A stretch of DNA of 64,000 nt from Pseudomonadota bacterium. GTDB taxonomy: Bacteria > Bdellovibrionota_C > UBA2361 > OMII01. The notes beneath the pieces are model-generated. The model searched no databases. It saw only the letters and a list, made by a program, of their open reading frames with translations, and was not told the DNA's origin. Positions 29,367-38,252 of the stretch are shown here, one piece after another. Within the stretch, counting starts at the first letter, position 1, and each line of letters begins with the position of its first letter. A program made the translations under genes and the position numbers. Where the stretch lies: the NCBI GenBank assembly GCA_038134595.1, contig JAYPVM010000003.1:106131-170130 (forward strand), in the 5' to 3' direction.

Positions 29367-29603
29367 GTGGAAAAAGCAGATCGAGAGATGATAGAGCGTT
29401 TATTAGAGGGTAATTTTGAATTAAGAAAGCTTTATCAAGAGCATCAAGAACTAGAGGATAAATTAAAATCATTTGGCCACAAGCATTTTCTTACTGTAAA
29501 AGAGCAACAAGAAGAGCTCGCATTAAAGCAGCGTAAGCTTCGTGGTGTTGAGAAAATGCTTGTACTGGCAAAAGAGCAAGCTGATCCGAAGCAGGGAGCG
29601 TAG
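29367..29603 (+). CDS. Small DUF465/YdcH-like coiled-coil protein
   Basis: ELRKLYQEHQELE...LT..EQ.E...LK..KL; GGGAG RBS before GTG. Confidence 0.8.
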   Translation: MEKADREMIERLLEGNFELRKLYQEHQELEDKLKSFGHKHFLTVKEQQEELALKQRKLRGVEKMLVLAKEQADPKQGA

Positions 29604-29725
29604 CTTTTGGAGTGAGAGCGGGCCATCGAAAAAATGATTTATTAGCTGCGTATGCGTTGCTTGGGGAAAAGAGAAAGGGAAATGGAGCCTCTCGATACTC
29701 CATTTCATTCGGACTTAAGCCGTAT

Positions 29726-30040
29726 CTATGCCGCTCGACGTCGAGTTCTTATTCTCTTCTTAGCGTTCAAGATAGCATAGCGCGTTTTTGTGGGATCGAA
29801 TCCAAAATAGCGACAAATGGAGGTAAATGAGAGTACGTATTCCTCATCATCGTCCATCAGATATTCAAGGGCCTCTTCTCGAAGTTGACCGCCAGACTGA
29901 ATATCCTCAATGGCGCGCAAGATCATAGCTCTCATTAGCTCACTTACCGCTGTGTATCCTTTTCCCTCGAGATACGCAGAATCCATTACGGGTAATTTAT
30001 TTGAACTGCTCACACCAGACTCCGTGAAATCAAATGACAC
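29726..30040 (-). CDS. Small hypothetical protein
   Basis: GGAGG RBS; LM.AMI..AI.D...A..Y......SF..IC...G.DP pattern, basic tail ending RRRAA. Confidence 0.8.
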   Translation of the reverse strand: MSFDFTESGVSSSNKLPVMDSAYLEGKGYTAVSELMRAMILRAIEDIQSGGQLREEALEYLMDDDEEYVLSFTSICRYFGFDPTKTRYAILNAKKRIRTRRRAA

Positions 30041-30271
30041 GTTTTCCTCCTATGGAACCAACTCTACGATCCCGAGCATTGACAGAGACTGACGATGTCA
30101 GTTTTGTCTATTCGAGGCATTTACCGGTTCCAAAAAACCTGTGAGCCAACCAATAATTAACCTGCTGCAAAACCACTCGGTACTGCAGCGAGAATAGAAG
30201 TGATATGGAGAGTTTTAATGAAATAGCGACTTAAGTAGGGCGTCGTATCGTAATAGGCTGAAAATACTTTA

Positions 30272-31312
30272 TTAACTGACGCGATCGAGGGCAAATTCTA
30301 CAACATTATAGAGGGCATCCGAGTATGCCGATTGACTACAACCCTGAAGCTTTAGTGATTTCTCAAGGCAGTCAACAGCCTTGGAGCTGTATGTTTTCGC
30401 CTGCGATATTGCCTCTTCGAGAATGTTTGTATTTTTAATTTCTTCTAATGAGGCACGTACAAACTTGAGTTCAGTGTCCGAATCTTGTGGAGGCTCAAGC
30501 AACTTCTGCGAAAGAGCGGAGCCACGTGCAAGCCAGAGTATATTAACCAAAGAAGGTTTCCGTTCCAAAATATCGATGCCTGGCTGTTTTCCAAGGGTTT
30601 GCTCATCTGATTTGACGTCAAGAATGTCGTCGATTATCTGAAAGGCAACGCCAAGAGCTTGTCCAAAATTAGCCGCTAGGTTTACAGCCTCTTTGTTTAC
30701 TTTGGTTAAATGGGCCGCACAGAATGCGCCTAATCGAAATAACGAGGCGGTTTTTCTATTCGCAATAACAAGGCTCGATTCTATCGTGTGAGTTTGAGAA
30801 TGCAGGGGAGTTTCGAGAGCCTCGCCCTCTACGAGTTCTATGCATGCCTGTTCTGTTGCCGCGATTACAGTGTCATCTAGCTTAGCGCACAGTCCGAAAG
30901 CTCTTGTAAGAAGAAAATCTCCTGAGAGCAGGGTAAGAGGGAGGCCAAACTTGGCGTAGGGTGATTGTCGATGTCGTCTGATTGGAGATTGATCTATGAT
31001 ATCATCGTGCATGAGGGTTGCCATATGAATTAATTCAATTCCAGCCGCGATGCGCGTTATATCATCAGAAATTCTGTCTGCGCCGTAAGCCTTGGCACAA
31101 AGAAGGGTCAGAAGAGGTCGGATGCGTTTACCCCCTAGCGAAAGCAGGTAATTGGGTATCTCAAACATAGGAGATACATCGGATGAAAAGCAGTCGCGAA
31201 TGTTAGATTCGACGATTGAAATTTCCGGTACAAGTAGAAGTGAGGCGGCAAATTGCTCCTGGATAGAAGTTGTATTGGGCTTGAGAGATTCTTTATCGGT
31301 CTGGTCTGTCAT
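30272..31312 (-). CDS. Long-chain polyprenyl diphosphate synthase (IspB-like)
   Basis: GGKRIRP, IELIHMATLMHDDIID (FARM), GDFL, KTASLF, AFQIIDDILD (SARM); product chain length not determined. Confidence 0.93.
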   Translation of the reverse strand: MTDQTDKESLKPNTTSIQEQFAASLLLVPEISIVESNIRDCFSSDVSPMFEIPNYLLSLGGKRIRPLLTLLCAKAYGADRISDDITRIAAGIELIHMATLMHDDIIDQSPIRRHRQSPYAKFGLPLTLLSGDFLLTRAFGLCAKLDDTVIAATEQACIELVEGEALETPLHSQTHTIESSLVIANRKTASLFRLGAFCAAHLTKVNKEAVNLAANFGQALGVAFQIIDDILDVKSDEQTLGKQPGIDILERKPSLVNILWLARGSALSQKLLEPPQDSDTELKFVRASLEEIKNTNILEEAISQAKTYSSKAVDCLEKSLKLQGCSQSAYSDALYNVVEFALDRVS

Positions 31313-31546
31313 GGTAAATTACGCCCAATACTTTTGCCGCACATGTGAGATAGTCGCGAATGTGTAAGATAGTATAGCCCCGATTTCGAGAGTGTATCAC
31401 GCTAATACTAACGCTAAAATAGGGATCCTTTCAGTTTAAACACGCAAAAGAATAAGTCTTTATGCTAATTAATCCACAGAATCAGTCCTTAGATTGATAA
31501 ATAGGGTATAGATTGTTGTAGAAATAAAATCAACGAGGAGCATTTT

Positions 31547-31576
31547 TTGCTCCGTAATCTGTTTCGTAACTATAAT
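31547..31576 (+). promoter_or_regulatory. Sigma70-like promoter with no downstream CDS
   Basis: TTGCTC (31547-52), 18-nt spacer, perfect TATAAT (31571-76); predicted start in the G-run at 31581-31584. Confidence 0.55.
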
Positions 31577-31580
31577 CTCT

Positions 31581-31872
31581 GGGGCTTAACAGTAGTCTGG
31601 TCGCTATTGTGCTAATGTTGGCGGCACGCGTAAGCCCAGCCAATGAGCTTTCAGTCGACTCTTCCCTTGTTGTTTTTTTGTGGGGAGTAATGCTCGTAAC
31701 GAGGAGCAAAACACGAGGCACCAAATAGATAATTCTGCTATTGGTAACCCGAATTATCTTCGCACAGTATTTTGGGGCTTTTATTATAAACTTTGAGAAG
31801 CGCCGCAGAATAAGCGGGGGGGCATCGGAAGGAAATTGACCGTGGTAACAACGGCCACCGCTTAGGGTACTG
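31581..31872 (+). ncRNA. Candidate structured non-coding RNA, family not recognised
   Basis: About ten nested helices found by hand, a possible pseudoknot, a GUAA tetraloop, and an upstream promoter; see findings. Confidence 0.45.
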
Positions 31873-31881
31873 CTTGACATA

Positions 31882-31956
31882 TGTCCCCAACGGGATTCGA
31901 ACCCGTGTCTTTACCGTGAAAGGGTAACGTCCTAGGCCAGGCTAGACGATAGGGAC
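31882..31956 (-). tRNA. tRNA-Glu (anticodon UUC), CCA not encoded
   Basis: Reverse complement GTCCCTA TC GTCTAGCCTGGCCTAGGAC G TTACC CT TTC AC GGTAA AGAC ACGGG TTCGAAT CCCGT TGGGGAC A folds as a cloverleaf; followed by TAT, not CCA. Confidence 0.97.
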
Positions 31957-32317
31957 TCACAGACTGAGCGTAGGGTACAGTACTTATTTAACAAAGTACA
32001 TAGTTCAAGATGCAAAAAATTGCTGTGAACGTGATTAGCAGGGCAGCTATCTGCGCATGGTTGGTCTATTGAGGAAGTTTTGTAAGTGCCTGTAGATACG
32101 TGGCGTTTTTTAGAAAGCGCAATGTAAGTTACTGGGACCCAAAATAGAAACATCCGCTGGCCTTTTCTGTTAACAGTAATAAATAGGAGGTGGTTGAAAA
32201 TACGATTTTAATAAAGATGCTTGCCCCGTGTATTAGGTGTGCTAGACGGCGATTTGCTTGGATGTATACTGTTGGGAGTGAGGGTTCGTCTATCTCGGGA
32301 GAAACAGTAATAGCATC

Positions 32318-33499
32318 ATGGCACCTAAAACGATTCCATATGAGATTCTTCGAAATCTGGCGACGGAATACGGCCTGTCCGTTGTCTCTGTTCTCCAGCC
32401 TGTGGATATCGCTACGCATGCAGAGTCACTGAGGCAATGGCAGGACCGCGGCTATGCGGGGGAAATGAGTTTTATGATGCGCTCTCCTGACTTGCTTACG
32501 CAGCCGGAGCGCTTGTTACCAGATCTTGCGAGTGCAATCGTTGTTGGAGTTCATTACGACAGGACTAGGCGCGAGGCTTTGCCAGCTGGGCACGGTCGTA
32601 TCGCCCGTTATGCTTGGGGACGTGATTATCACAAGGTTTTGCGTAAAAGATTGAAGGCTTTTGTGGATGGGGTAGAGAGCTATTTGGGTGGCGGTATTAA
32701 CGCGCGTGTTTTTTCTGATTCCGTTCCTTTGTTAGAGCGTGCGATGGCAGAGAAGGTGGGAATGGGTTTTATTGGGAAGAATACCATGCTTATCGTTCCT
32801 CGTTTGGGAAGTTACCTATTTTTAGCTGAAGTGTTATGGGACGTTTGTGTCGAAGAGACTAACCAGCCGATCAGCAATATTCAAAGTCATTGTGGCCCTT
32901 GTATCTCATGTATCTCGGGGTGCCCAACGGGTGCAATCGTTGAAGAGCGACGATTAGATGCTCGACGGTGTATTTCCTATCTAACAATTGAAAAACGGAC
33001 GGCTTTAGCTGATGAAGAGAGGCGAATGTTGGGCGAGTGGATCTTCGGTTGTGATATTTGCCAAGACGTTTGCCCGTTCAATAGTCAATCCTTGCGAAAG
33101 GGAGCATCGCCCGATTTAGAAGAGTTTTCGTTTCGCAGTGGAGCGGGACAGTCTCTCTCCTTAAGGGAGGTATTGGAAATGAGGGATAACAAAGCTTTTG
33201 TGGCTCGGTTTGCAGGGACTGCTATAATGCGTGCCAAACGAGAGGGCCTTTTGAGAAATGCAGCTGTGGTTGCTGGTAATACACAGAGTGTTGAGGTGTT
33301 CAGTCATTTAGAGGTAGCTGCAAGGGAAGATCCATCGGAGTTAGTAAGGCAGCACGCGTTATGGGGAATGTATGAGATCGCCCGGGCGGATGGCAACGCC
33401 GCTATTAAATCCTTTAGAAGGATTGCTGACGAATTTAGAAAGGATATGTCAGCCCAGGTCCGCTCAGAGGCGAATATGCTATTAAGTAGGGTTTGTTAG
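32318..33499 (+). CDS. queG: Epoxyqueuosine reductase QueG
   Basis: IARYAWGRDYH, DSVPLLER, GFIGKN, CGPCISCISGCPTGA, CISYLTIE, FGCDICQDVCPFN. Confidence 0.96.
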   Translation: MAPKTIPYEILRNLATEYGLSVVSVLQPVDIATHAESLRQWQDRGYAGEMSFMMRSPDLLTQPERLLPDLASAIVVGVHYDRTRREALPAGHGRIARYAWGRDYHKVLRKRLKAFVDGVESYLGGGINARVFSDSVPLLERAMAEKVGMGFIGKNTMLIVPRLGSYLFLAEVLWDVCVEETNQPISNIQSHCGPCISCISGCPTGAIVEERRLDARRCISYLTIEKRTALADEERRMLGEWIFGCDICQDVCPFNSQSLRKGASPDLEEFSFRSGAGQSLSLREVLEMRDNKAFVARFAGTAIMRAKREGLLRNAAVVAGNTQSVEVFSHLEVAAREDPSELVRQHALWGMYEIARADGNAAIKSFRRIADEFRKDMSAQVRSEANMLLSRVC

Positions 33500-33576
33500 A
33501 GAGTTTTTTCTATAATCGATCAGTGATACGCTAGGAGAGGATAGGAGATATAAATCTGTGTTAAGAGGGGCTAGAG

Positions 33577-34209
33577 ATGGTGTCAAAGAGAGATTGTAGT
33601 ACTGTCGTGCGTAATGTGTATCAAAAGAGATTATACATGGTTTCCTGGGGACTTGTGTTGGCTGTGCTACTGGGATGTGCCCCAGAAATTGGGGTTAGAT
33701 TGCTAGTGCCAGATGTGCCGGATGCTGTTTCACTTGAGGATGGCGCACAGACTGCAAATAGACTGCGTGTGCATGTGGGGGCCTTTAAAGATGATCGCAT
33801 CGATACAACTCTTGTTACGATAGATGGAAGGAAGGTCGATTCCGACGGTAGTGTGGGTTCATCCGTACAGGAGGGATTTGTTCGTTATTTATCACGAGCG
33901 GGTGCAAGTGCGGCTGTGTTGGGAGCTCCTAGTATTGAGGGCTCGGTTATACAATGGCATGCTGAAGTCGATCCTTCATTTCCTACATCAAAGGCATCTT
34001 CTGTGGCGAAGCTTGCCATATTAATCAGAGATTCACGGGGACATTCGATATATCGAGCAAACTTTACAGGAGAGTCCTCGGTTGAGCATCCGATGTTGGG
34101 AGAGAAGGAAGTTAGTCGCTTGTTGGCCCAGTCGATGGGAAGTGCGATTGAGGCTGTTGTGAGGGATGAAGAAATCATGCGGCAGCTCACCCGAGGAAAT
34201 ATCAAATAA
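33577..34209 (+). CDS. Hypothetical lipoprotein (YajG-like appearance)
   Basis: Lipobox LLG-C, V..F.D.R motif, alpha/beta pattern; start may be ATG 33637. Confidence 0.65.
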   Translation: MVSKRDCSTVVRNVYQKRLYMVSWGLVLAVLLGCAPEIGVRLLVPDVPDAVSLEDGAQTANRLRVHVGAFKDDRIDTTLVTIDGRKVDSDGSVGSSVQEGFVRYLSRAGASAAVLGAPSIEGSVIQWHAEVDPSFPTSKASSVAKLAILIRDSRGHSIYRANFTGESSVEHPMLGEKEVSRLLAQSMGSAIEAVVRDEEIMRQLTRGNIK

Positions 34210-34245
34210 TCGCGACTCGCATACCGAAGAGAGAGAGGGGCAGGT

Positions 34246-35118
34246 TTGATTGATAAGAAGTGTTTTGTGAATGCTGTTCGGGAGGGCATGTTAAAGGCTA
34301 TGCATCTTCTAAAGCAACATGCTCAGCTACGAGAAGCCGATATCGAACTCAAGAGCGATGGAACGTTTGTAACGGGTATGGACCGTGCTATAGAGGAGAT
34401 TCTGGTTAGATCGATTGGGGGCAGATTTCCAGATATCCCTGTTTTGGCAGAGGAAAGTAGTGGAGCATTAGATGCAACAGATCGGAAAAACTGGGCAGAA
34501 GCTTTTTTCTCTTCGAATTATCAGGTGATTCTCGACCCTATAGACGGCACTAGAAATTTCATTCAAGGCAGTCGGCAGTATTGTATTGCGGTTGCACTGA
34601 CGAAAAAAAATAAGACTGGAATTTGGCCTATTGTTGGGTTGGTGGCAGTCCCGGAAGAAGATTGTTTGTACTGGAACATGGAAGGTTCGATATTCAAGGA
34701 GCACATCACTTCGGGAGAGGTGATCGCTATTGATTGTGATGTCGTGCCCTCGGCTCAATTATCGGTCAATTCAAAGGATAGGCAGTGGGCCAAGGATTCT
34801 GGTATTCGATTTCATTTTCCATGGGTTTCGAGTGGTTCTAGTGTGTATGATTTTCTCGGGATTGTAACTGGTAGGAATAGGGGTTGTTTACTCGGTTCTC
34901 AACGCCTCTGGGATTTGATGGCGCCGTTAGCTATCGCGCGCGATGCCGGACACAATTTGGTAGATATAGATACTGAAAGTGTCGTGGATTCACTTTCAGT
35001 TAACGATATTACAATTGACGATGCCGCTTCGTCGTGGGGATTTATTCGGCGGTTTGTATTATTGCGACGAGGGGACCGTTTGAGTGATCTAATTGAGAAA
35101 CTAAGTTCCCGGAAGTAG
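34246..35118 (+). CDS. Inositol monophosphatase superfamily protein (SuhB/CysQ-like)
   Basis: KSDGTFVT..D, LAEE, LDPIDGTRNF, WDL.A. Confidence 0.88.
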   Translation: MIDKKCFVNAVREGMLKAMHLLKQHAQLREADIELKSDGTFVTGMDRAIEEILVRSIGGRFPDIPVLAEESSGALDATDRKNWAEAFFSSNYQVILDPIDGTRNFIQGSRQYCIAVALTKKNKTGIWPIVGLVAVPEEDCLYWNMEGSIFKEHITSGEVIAIDCDVVPSAQLSVNSKDRQWAKDSGIRFHFPWVSSGSSVYDFLGIVTGRNRGCLLGSQRLWDLMAPLAIARDAGHNLVDIDTESVVDSLSVNDITIDDAASSWGFIRRFVLLRRGDRLSDLIEKLSSRK

Positions 35119-35571
35119 CGCATTTTCTCTTTTGGTGAGTGCTCTGCTGATGCGATCAAGCATCGAGTCGAACAAAAGGGGATCTCTACTCCGGTGCTCG
35201 GAGAGAATTGCAAATGCCTTATCTAGTTGATTGTGTTGTTCGTACCAACTCGCGAGGGAACGAAGGCGGTCCGATATAAGCGTTTTTTCGATCCCTTCAT
35301 TTTCAGCTTGAATATAGGCCGAAAGCGCCTCTTGGGGCATGTCTTGGCTAAGGTAGATATCTCCGACTCGCAACAGATAGAAATAGGGGTTTTCCCAACT
35401 CAGTCGGGATGAGTCCTGAAGTCTCTCTTCAATATGTAGTCGATACGTAGCAATTGCCTCATCGTATCGGCGCCTCTGGGTCAAGTCTTCGGCTTGATGA
35501 AGTAAATCAATATTTGAGCAAGCGACTAGCGGTAGTAGTAGTAAAGATTTTATACAATAGCGTATCTCCAT
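35101..35571 (-). CDS. Hypothetical TPR-like lipoprotein
   Basis: Lipobox LVA-C; TPR-like helices (YDEAIATY, VGDIYL...EALSAY); start overlaps the upstream acyltransferase stop. Confidence 0.7.
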   Translation of the reverse strand: MEIRYCIKSLLLLPLVACSNIDLLHQAEDLTQRRRYDEAIATYRLHIEERLQDSSRLSWENPYFYLLRVGDIYLSQDMPQEALSAYIQAENEGIEKTLISDRLRSLASWYEQHNQLDKAFAILSEHRSRDPLLFDSMLDRISRALTKRENALLPGT

Positions 35572-36512
35572 CAGAAGATCTCCTTACAACCGTCTTTTTC
35601 GTTTTCTCTCCGACGCCGTAGAATTGCCTTTAAGTGTTCTATGTATTTAGATGTAGAGAGTACGGTTCCATCCGGTAAGCTTCTCCATCTCTTGTGAAAC
35701 CAAACCCATTGTTCTGGATGCTTTCGGACAAGGCGTTCAAGGTCCTTATTGTATGCCATCAAGATGCCGTCTTCTGAAAGACCTTCCTTAATTGGTTTTA
35801 GATATAGGGTGAACGCATGCTTACTGGTTCGGAATAAAAAGGCGGATGCAAACTGGGCATTGTGCTTGATTCCCAACGTGGCAAGTGAGACCGGAGTTTT
35901 GGCGGGTGCTCCGAAAAAGGGGACAAATGAGCTACTAACTCTGGTATCTTGATCAATGAGTCCGGCGATAACGTTTCCATTCTTTAGCGCAGAAATGAGC
36001 TTTTTGATAGCAGTTTTGTCAGACCTCCATAGCGTCTGGATACCGTATCGTTGTCGAATTGAAGATAGAATGCATTGAGCGAGTGGGTTACGTGCCTCCC
36101 TCCCTATGGTAGTCACTTTGATGCCCTGGTGTACAATGTATGCTCCAAGTAGATCCCAGTTTCCTGTATGGGCTGTGAGGGCAACTGTTGGTCGGAGAGA
36201 ATGCCTCAGATTATCGAGGAGGTCTCGGCCTTCAATCGTTATAGTATATTTGCTCCCCGAGAGTGCAGGAGAGAGATTGAAGGATTCAAAAAGTGTACGA
36301 CTGGCATTGGCAAAGGTACTTCTCACGCGATGGCCAGAAGTATATTGTCTTAAGAACACTTGGAGTTGAAGTGTTGCTATGAGTCGATCTCTGAAGGGGA
36401 AAAAAGCGATGCTATAGCCCAACCACCAGCCGATTTGGCTACGCAAGCTAAATGGTATCGAGCCAATGAGAGAAACGATACCGGCAGCAAATTTATTAGG
36501 ATTACGGCTCAT
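35571..36512 (-). CDS. Lipid A late acyltransferase (LpxL/LpxP family)
   Basis: TAHTGNWD (HxxxxD), LIDQD, VPFFG, PEQWVWFHKRWR. Confidence 0.9.
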   Translation of the reverse strand: MSRNPNKFAAGIVSLIGSIPFSLRSQIGWWLGYSIAFFPFRDRLIATLQLQVFLRQYTSGHRVRSTFANASRTLFESFNLSPALSGSKYTITIEGRDLLDNLRHSLRPTVALTAHTGNWDLLGAYIVHQGIKVTTIGREARNPLAQCILSSIRQRYGIQTLWRSDKTAIKKLISALKNGNVIAGLIDQDTRVSSSFVPFFGAPAKTPVSLATLGIKHNAQFASAFLFRTSKHAFTLYLKPIKEGLSEDGILMAYNKDLERLVRKHPEQWVWFHKRWRSLPDGTVLSTSKYIEHLKAILRRRRENEKDGCKEIF

Positions 36513-36540
36513 GATGTGCCAAGTGTATACTAGAAAGCAC

Positions 36541-37638
36541 CTAAGAGGGAATTGGCCATTCTATCTCCTCTTCGGGCGGTATTTTTTGGCGTATTTCATG
36601 CATGAATATGAAGTCTGGAATTCTATCTTGAACAAGAAGTCCCACATATGCCCCGGAATCCAACACTTTTAGTGCAGGTGAGCTATGGATTTCAAAAAGT
36701 GAATATGCCTCGGAGAGTGAGGCATTCAGATCTATAGAGGGGAGAGTTTTCTGTGTTACTTCACCAATATAGTCGTCGGCTCGAGACGTTGCGAATGCAA
36801 GGATGTCATCCCTTAGTACGATACCAAGAAAATCGCTCCCATTAAGTACCGGAAATACAGACTGCCAAGAAGTTAAAACTAATGGCAAGGCTTTAGAGAT
36901 AGTGCTGCCGTGGGCGAGCGACTCGAGGCGTTCTTGTGGCACATAGGCATCCCGCACTGAAAATTCGGATGCGACAACTTTTGTCTCAGCTCTTAGGTGC
37001 TCTTGCATAGCGCCAAGAAAGATGACGAGCGATATTATAAATAAAATCGGTAAGCCCAAGTACAATGCCACTAGCCCAAGTAGAATACACAATGCTTGGC
37101 TTATTCGAGCAGAGATTTTTGTAGCATTTTTTACCGAGAGTAGAGCTAACACCGAACGGAGAACCCTGCCACCATCCATCGGCAAGGCTGGTAGTAGATT
37201 GAATGCCACCAGAGCAACGTTTGTTGCAAATAGTCGGTGAGTCATTGAAACGTTTTCGAGTTGCGCAAGGTCTATGGGCTCCATAATTAGATAAATTACC
37301 CCCGCAATCACGACGTTTACCATAGGTCCCGCAAGTGCGATAAACAGTTCGGCCCGGGGCTCTGGTTGTGTCGAGATGGAGGCGATTCCGCCAAACGGAT
37401 AGAGCGTGATGTCTCTTGTCTTGATTGAAAATCGGTGGGCCATAAGAGCATGACCGAGTTCATGCAAGAGAACGCAGGAGAAGATAAGTATTACAAAGAT
37501 AGCTTCCGAGATAGGAGCCTCGGCCTTCGGGTCTAGAAGTAACCAACCAAGAAGAATGAAAAAAGTGTAGTGAATTCGTATTGGAATTTCTCGAACCGAT
37601 CCAATTGTCAGGCTCCAGGATTTATTGGCTCTCGTCAC
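36541..37638 (-). CDS. Site-2 protease (M50) with C-terminal CBS pair
   Basis: LLHELGHA, LYPFGG, IALAGPMVN, FNLLPALPMDGGR; CBS-like FPVL...GIV. Confidence 0.95.
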   Translation of the reverse strand: MTRANKSWSLTIGSVREIPIRIHYTFFILLGWLLLDPKAEAPISEAIFVILIFSCVLLHELGHALMAHRFSIKTRDITLYPFGGIASISTQPEPRAELFIALAGPMVNVVIAGVIYLIMEPIDLAQLENVSMTHRLFATNVALVAFNLLPALPMDGGRVLRSVLALLSVKNATKISARISQALCILLGLVALYLGLPILFIISLVIFLGAMQEHLRAETKVVASEFSVRDAYVPQERLESLAHGSTISKALPLVLTSWQSVFPVLNGSDFLGIVLRDDILAFATSRADDYIGEVTQKTLPSIDLNASLSEAYSLFEIHSSPALKVLDSGAYVGLLVQDRIPDFIFMHEIRQKIPPEEEIEWPIPS

Positions 37639-38252
37639 GTAGTTGTTCCCTTTATGATTATTTGCTTGGCCAGTTGTTCATCGTGATTTAATGTATGTTC
37701 GGTCGGATGTTGGATGATAGAAGACCGAACTGTAGCGATAGTATCTAAGGTTTCCCATCGAAATGTAAATCTGTGATTTCTGTCAAGTAGAGTCTAGTTT
37801 ACTTTAGTCAAAAGTTACATGACTTAAATGGTACTTTGAAAGCTCTGTTAATACGGACTCCATTACTTTTTAGAGGTTCCGTGAGCGAACCGATGTCCTA
37901 TTCTGTGTCATGCCAAAAATTACCGGCAAAGCACTATTCTCCTTGCCCTGCTCGGATCGCTCCGTGGAGTTGTATTCTTTCATTGGTCGGTAGGATTCTG
38001 AGGAGCTCTGTTTTGGGCGGTGTATTCTCCCATTGAGGTTCTCGAATAGGTAGAACCGGTTCTCAGCAGAGGTGTGGGGAGAGCTGAAGGATTCCTGGGG
38101 GGAAAACGGATATCTGTTAGTATATTCAGAGCGTTATCTTAAGGATATCCACTTGTCGTATTGGACTAGTGTTGCAGGCGTTTTAATTTGAATCGTTTAG
38201 TGGTAGCCTGTGGCCCTGTTTTGTGCTGAAAAATCAGGAGCTTGGGGGTTCG

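Noticed and set aside
31826..31834. CGGAAGGAA resembling the SRP RNA helix-8 loop
   Set aside because: The flanking CAGG and AGCAG of the SRP internal loop are absent and the closing stem does not form
31530..31880. 116-aa minus-strand ORF downstream of tRNA-Glu
   Set aside because: Starts 2 nt after the tRNA with no RBS and has no recognisable motif; the RNA interpretation on the other strand fits better, though coding is not formally excluded
31313..32317. Genomic island integrated at tRNA-Glu
   Set aside because: No integrase, no duplicated tRNA 3' end seen, and both flanks are housekeeping genes
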